DNA from: Balanoglossus misakiensis
Lineage: Eukaryota > Animalia > Hemichordata
Direction: 5' to 3'
Length of the DNA stretch: 64,000 bases
Assembly (NCBI GenBank): GCA_040954595.2
Contig: CM082591.2
Location: 5,921,009 to 5,985,008, forward strand
Shown here: piece after piece, positions 58,401 to 64,000 of the stretch
Layout: each line of letters opens with the position of its first letter
Numbering within the stretch: the stretch's first letter is position 1
Made by a program: the position numbers and the translations under genes
Notes under the pieces: generated by a model
What the model saw: only the letters and a program-made list of their open reading frames with translations
Databases searched by the model: none
What the model was told of the DNA's origin: nothing

Positions 58401-61107
58401 TGATAACAAACAAACGCCACCGGGAACACAAAACATGTTAATGAGATGTTTCATTAGCCTTCCAACAAGTTGTGTTAGTTGCTTGAGGTTTTACCTAATA
58501 CACCACAAGTGAGGAGGTCAATCTCTTTATTTACTGTTAGTGCGGTAAAATTTATCGGCCCTGTTTATTTGTTTCCCGCCGAGTTACCTGTAAACTTTGG
58601 TAGATTCGTGGAACAATCAATCAAGTGATTATAAGTACGAATAGCTTTAAATTGGTACATTGTATTTGTAGCCTATATCTTCTATTTGCATATCAGATCA
58701 ATATATGGAAATGGCACCTATAATGATGGCACGCTTATTGTAGCATATTCCTTCTTCTTTTCAAAGGTGTTGCTGCCTTAATCCTGGAAGTGAACCCGTC
58801 CATAAATCAGGATCAGATGAAAAATGTGTTGGTGAACGCTGCTCAATCGAACAAAATCGACCTGTCTGGAGTACCTAACAGCTATCGTTCGTCAACACCG
58901 AACAAACTTCTGTACATTTCAAGCGACATAGACAGCGGTGTACCGCCATCGGGCCCATCAACACCTCGCCCCCCTCCTGGTGGTAAGTTTGCATGAATTT
59001 AAAAGTGGGAGGGGCAGTTAGAGTGCCTTTGGATTGTTTTGAGGCAAACGATACATGTATACCAATTGTCTGTTGGAGATAACTGACATTGGAAACATAA
59101 GTTGAATTATCACCTGTTACAGCGTCAAAATGCCGTTCCAACTACGCACTGCTCGACTGACATTTGGAACGGTCCTTCTCTCGCCAAAAAATTACAAATG
59201 AATCAGTGTTTTTCTTTGACAGCATTGGTGAAACTGTCTTGCCTCATAATGTTGTCTAGCACTTTTGTGTAAATAATGCATGTTTAACAACCTTGTACTC
59301 GAGTTTCGGCAATGTATAAATACGCAAAGTTGTTTCTGTCTAGCGGTGCTCAATATCCCGCATTTGCTTCATGCTACTGCCTTCGTCGCTAGTTTAGACA
59401 AAGAAGGCGTGAGTGGCCCGGACTGCTGATAGAATGTTTTTTTTTTATAAAAACAAATTCGACAAAATTATATGTGTGTGCCGCAAGACATATGGTACCG
59501 ATGTTTTCCGACAGACTCATTTCTCTTCCGTTATATCTGCAGATGGATTGTGTGAGGAGACATGTCGTTACAGTGGGGATGGCGAGTGTGATGATGGTGG
59601 ACCTGGGTCGGCGTATGATGTGTGCGACTACGGAACAGACTGTTCTGATTGTGGGCCCCGAGATCTGCCAACTACAGTTGGACCGCCAACTACAAGTGAA
59701 CCCCGAGAACCAGGTGAGTTTTTTTTACAAGATTAGAGAGCCTTTTGACCAATCGCTTCAGTCGTGAAAATCAATTACTACATTGGCCGTCATCAGTGAA
59801 AATGTATACTAAATAATTCTTCATTTAAATTCGGCGATTTTTATGGAATTCATTTTCAGATATACTAATTTCCCTTCTGTTATATCTGCAGATGAATTGT
59901 GCGAGGAGACATGTCAATACAGTGGCGATGGCGAGTGTGACGATGGTGGTCCGGGTTCTCAGTACGGTTATTGCGACTACGGAACAGACTGTTCTGATTG
60001 CGGGCCCCGAGAAGTGCCAACTACAGTTGGACCGCCAACTACAAGTGAGCCCCGAGAACCAGGTGAGTTTTTTCACAAGATCAGGAGAGCCTTTTGACCA
60101 ATAGCTTCAGTCGTGAAAATCATTTACTACAATGGCCGTCATCAGTGAAAATGTATACTAAATAATTCTTCATTTAAATTCGGCGATTTTTATGGAATTC
60201 ATTTTCAGATATACTAATTTCCCTTACGTTTTATCTGCAGATGAATTGTGTGAGGAGACATGTCAATACAGTGGTGATGGCGAGTGTGATGATGGTGGAC
60301 CGGGTTCTCAGTACAGTGTGTGCGACTACGGAACCGACTGCTCTGATTGTGGGCCCCGAGAAGTGCCAACTACAGGTGAGTTTCTGCAAGATCAGTAGAG
60401 CCAAAATCATTTACTGCATTGGCCGTCATCAGTGACAATGTGTACGAAAAGTGAATATGTATAAGACATGATTCTTCGTTTAAATTTGGCGATAATGACT
60501 TTATAACATTAATTTTCAGATATACTAACTTCTCTTCCGTTATATCTGCAGATGAATTGTGTGAGGAGACATGTCAATACAGTGGCGATGGCGAGTGTGA
60601 TGACGGTGGACCGGGTTCTCAGTACAGTGTGTGCGACTACGGAACAGACTGTTCTGATTGTGGGCCCCGAGAACCTCCAACTTCAGGTGAGTTTTTTTTC
60701 AAGATCAGAAGATCGTTATGACCAAAAGCACCAGGCGTGAAAATTATTTACTACATCGGCCATTATGAGATCCGTGTACCCAGTTTGCGCTTTTATCATC
60801 ACGATTATCATTATCAACTACCAACTATCATTGTCATCTACATATAAGATATGACATTAATTAAGTGGAAATGTATATGAAATGTTGTTCATTATAATTT
60901 TGCTCATAACATTCCGGGTGAATTTTAGAAGAAATACCCTCATATACGTATATTCATTTCCGTTCGGTTCTTTCTGCAGACAACGCATTGTGTGAGGACA
61001 CATGCCACTACCCCAGAGATGGCGAATGTGACGATGGTGGACCGGGTTCTCAGTACAGTGTGTGCGACTACGGAACAGACTGTGACGACTGTGGAATCAG
61101 ATACTGA
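55473..61107 (+). CDS. S8A protease gene 7 (SP-I9-S8-CDDGG x5), 13 coding exons
   Basis: Exons 55473-55706, 55870-56019, 56203-56338, 56519-56631, 56880-57021, 57233-57417, 57942-58113, 58767-58982, 59543-59713, 59892-60062, 60241-60375, 60552-60686, 60980-61107. Confidence 0.9.
58212..58273. mobile_element. 62-bp MITE with TAG...CTA ends and 9-bp TSD (AcademH- or Mutator-like)
   Basis: CTTCACTCT|TAGTCTGGTCCCCTGC...GCAGGGGACCAGACTA|CTTCACTCT. The empty site is visible in the paralogous intron at ~22619. Confidence 0.85.
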
Positions 61108-62682
61108 ACTACGCTTTATAGGGAAATGTTTCCAACATAAAACTACTTAATTAAATTGATATTGCTTTTCGATCAGCTCAGTATTCTTTTTTTTCTACTA
61201 CGTGTTACTTTCGCGAATTTTCGACTGCCAATCGATTTGTATATTTCTATAAAACTTTCAAAAATAAATCAGTTTTTACAGTATTATATTCTGGTATTGA
61301 ATTCTTCAATGCACAGTCTTGTCAGTGGAATATTTCAATGGGTGAAGACTACATTCTTTGTAAACGATACGTAACGTAAACGTGTAAGCCTATGTGCATA
61401 CATTCCCTTCTGGTAGACTAGCCCACCAGTCGCTGATGATTTATTTTTCCTTGTGATCAGCCATCTATACACTTTTTGTGTACAACGTCCGTTTTTGAGG
61501 ATCTAAGTAGACTTATACAAAAAAAATCAAGAGGTTTAGTTTATTCAATACAGAGTTGGAAAAAATGGTAAACATTGAGAGACCTATTTTTAGTAGAAAT
61601 GCTAAAAAATTACATGTAGTTCAAAATTATTTCAGTCGCGGACAGAATTTTTTTTAGTAGGAAATCATTTTAGACCAGTGGTCAGTCATCCGTTTCCAAC
61701 GTTATTTCAAGTAGTACAGTGTACAAAACAAAATTGCGAAATTTCTAGGGCTTTTTTCCTGGTTCGTACCACAAACTAAGTCGCGTGTGCGCTCCAGTAC
61801 TCATAAATAACAGACTTTGGTTTTATCCTTTTTGTCTGCAGACACATTTAACCGCAGAGACGTGACACACCCGTATTACTCTTGGTCCGCCCGTCTTATT
61901 CTATACAGCATCAAGTTCCCCTGCAGGAAAAAGTGAACCCCGCTATTTTGCATACTAGTATTATGATTGACCTCCGCGATTAGCATAATATATTGCTTTA
62001 CGTGAACCGGTGGCGTACAACTTCGTGCTGAACATCTGAGTATGTGACTAGTAAGGTGACCTCTGAAGTTTGAACGAGAACGTGGGGATACCTTAACATA
62101 CAAGACGGCCGCGGTTTCTGGACGACGATAACCGCTGACGTTTCCGAAGAGACAAGCCCCCGGCGCGGCCGTGGATTGCATGAAATGTACATGGGCGCTA
62201 ACTGGGTCGCGCGGGGTTTACATGTAATGATGACTGATGACGCAGAGTGTAACAGCCCTTCGTGTTTTTGTGCGATATAAACAGTCCACTCGCGACTGTG
62301 AAACGGTGCAGACACTGCAGAGGCTGTCCATACCAGCGGGTCAAGTCGCGTATCTCTCCCAGAAACCCGGTCCCGAGGGCTTTGTCTGACGTCGCGCGCG
62401 TCGGAACTACCAGGAGAAACGGACACGCTCACACACATTTCGTGTCGCGCGGCACCATGTTTATGGTATTGGTTGGCCTGATTTTATACTGCACTGCGCC
62501 GAATAATCGCTTCCCGATGCCAGCAGTGCGCCACATCAACGATGTGAGTGAAGCCAGGAAATGAAGGTTATGAGTGCTTTTATTCGCGGCCCTAGGCCCA
62601 GTGGAACCAACTCTTCACAGACTGCAATCATTGCAAAATATAGTCCCCGATTTCAACTTCAAGTATCCGTGACGACATAGCG

Positions 62683-63996
62683 ATGATAAAACTAAAGCGG
62701 TTCGTTGCCTACGTATCTGTTTCGTGCGTTCTCTGCGTTTTGTTCATCGTGCCAATGTTTACATACGTGGCAATTTCTGGCGGCTCCCGTCACAGGGCCA
62801 AACTTATCAACCGATTCAAACGTCCGATCATCAGCGAGAGTGACAACAATCTGGTCGGGGAGATGGGTGAAGTTGGAAGGCCAGCGCCTCTTCGGGATCG
62901 GGACGAACCACGAGGGGAAACTCAATGGAAGAGAGAGGTAATCGCGGACAGGGATATTATTATTAACCCAGGGGGGACTCACTTCGGCACTGAAGTCGAT
63001 TTCGACAAACTCCGGATACGTGAAAACACGGTGGATGCCAACGACCTGGTCTTCACCTTGAACCACCCGGAGAAGTGCATGCGCGACGGACGGATCGAGA
63101 CCGTCGACTTACTCATTCTCGTCGCCTCGCGCGTCAGCGGCCACGAACAACGCACCCTGATCAGGAAGACGTGGGGAAACACCAACTTCTACGACGGCCG
63201 CCACGTGGTGGTGCTGTTCCTGGTTGGCAACCCGAAGTACACCCAGCACGAACACTTCCACCGCATCGTCTTGGAAGACGTCAGGTACAACGACATCGTC
63301 GCGGGCAACTTCGAGGACTCGTACAACCGGCTGACTTTGAAGACAATTCTCGGTCTGAAATGGGCCAAGAAGTATTGCCCCCTCGCGAAGTACGTCATGA
63401 AATGCGACGACGACGTGTTGCTGCAACCACACAACGTGATGAGGTACGTGCATCGCGGGAACATCCCCACAAGGGGCGCGTTCGTTGGCGCGTGCTCCAA
63501 TAATTCGCGCGCCGCGCCTAGTAATGTACACACGGGACTGGCGGGAGACTTTTGGCCGTACGCAACTTACCCGGCATATTGCTCGGGTACAGCCTACATG
63601 ATTTCCGGCGACCTGGTTCCCAGACTGTTCGATTGTGCCTTGGAGACCAGCGTCCACCGGTACGAGGACGTGTTCATGGGAATACTGGCGTACAAACTCG
63701 GAATACCGATGCTTCGTCACACCGCCTTCAGACCCTCTCTGATGCCCGAAGATCCCTGCCTCATCCGGGATATTGTGGTGTCACACCACTATTCCAACAT
63801 GGGCGACGCGGCAACCAGGATCACGACTGAAAAGTATGGCGCTCTGGTCTCCAAACTCTGGTGGGAACTCCAGTTGCTGAGGAAAGGCTACTCAGCTTGC
63901 TCCCGAAATGTTAGCGGGCTCGGCGACAAACCGGGACATGCAATTTACGATGAAGAGATAGTGGAAATTCAAAACCAAGTGACGTTTGAGTTGTGA
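62683..63996 (+). CDS. GT31 family beta-1,3-galactosyltransferase-like type II membrane glycosyltransferase, intronless CDS (437 aa)
   Basis: N-terminal TM helix. Motifs R..IRKTWG, E...Y.DIV...F.DSY..LTLKT, YVMKCDDDV (DxD), YP.YCSG..Y..S.D, EDVFMG. Confidence 0.92.
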   Translation: MIKLKRFVAYVSVSCVLCVLFIVPMFTYVAISGGSRHRAKLINRFKRPIISESDNNLVGEMGEVGRPAPLRDRDEPRGETQWKREVIADRDIIINPGGTHFGTEVDFDKLRIRENTVDANDLVFTLNHPEKCMRDGRIETVDLLILVASRVSGHEQRTLIRKTWGNTNFYDGRHVVVLFLVGNPKYTQHEHFHRIVLEDVRYNDIVAGNFEDSYNRLTLKTILGLKWAKKYCPLAKYVMKCDDDVLLQPHNVMRYVHRGNIPTRGAFVGACSNNSRAAPSNVHTGLAGDFWPYATYPAYCSGTAYMISGDLVPRLFDCALETSVHRYEDVFMGILAYKLGIPMLRHTAFRPSLMPEDPCLIRDIVVSHHYSNMGDAATRITTEKYGALVSKLWWELQLLRKGYSACSRNVSGLGDKPGHAIYDEEIVEIQNQVTFEL

Positions 63997-64000
63997 AGGA

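Noticed and set aside
62692-63830. Several overlapping alternative-frame and antisense ORFs up to 203 aa
   Set aside because: Shadows of the GC-rich GT31 CDS.

Overview
Eukaryotic, intron-rich, AT-rich genomic DNA, probably a marine invertebrate such as a non-vertebrate deuterostome (organism is inference only). About 1.5-61.1 kb is a head-to-tail (+ strand) array of seven multi-exon genes for secreted subtilisin-family S8A proteases of the proteinase K/aqualysin type. Each has a signal peptide, a basic peptide ending in KR, an I9-like prodomain and an intact D/H/N/S catalytic domain on eight identically placed coding exons. The paralogs differ in their C-terminal tails, which are built from phase-1 exon modules. 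Every gene has 1-5 copies of a 6-Cys 'CDDGG' module (18 in total). Some also carry a mucin/CILP WxxW domain (gene 1), two five-repeat tectonin-like propeller exons (gene 2), a degenerate F-type lectin domain (gene 3) or a hevein-like chitin-binding domain (genes 4, 5). The array is a visible recombination mosaic: hybrid genes, promoter and tail swaps, an orphan half-exon, a relic exon and splice-site changes. It also holds several non-autonomous DNA transposons, LINE relics and microsatellites. A single-exon GT31 beta-1,3-galactosyltransferase-like CDS ends the window. Exon coordinates were read by eye from splice sites and paralog comparison.
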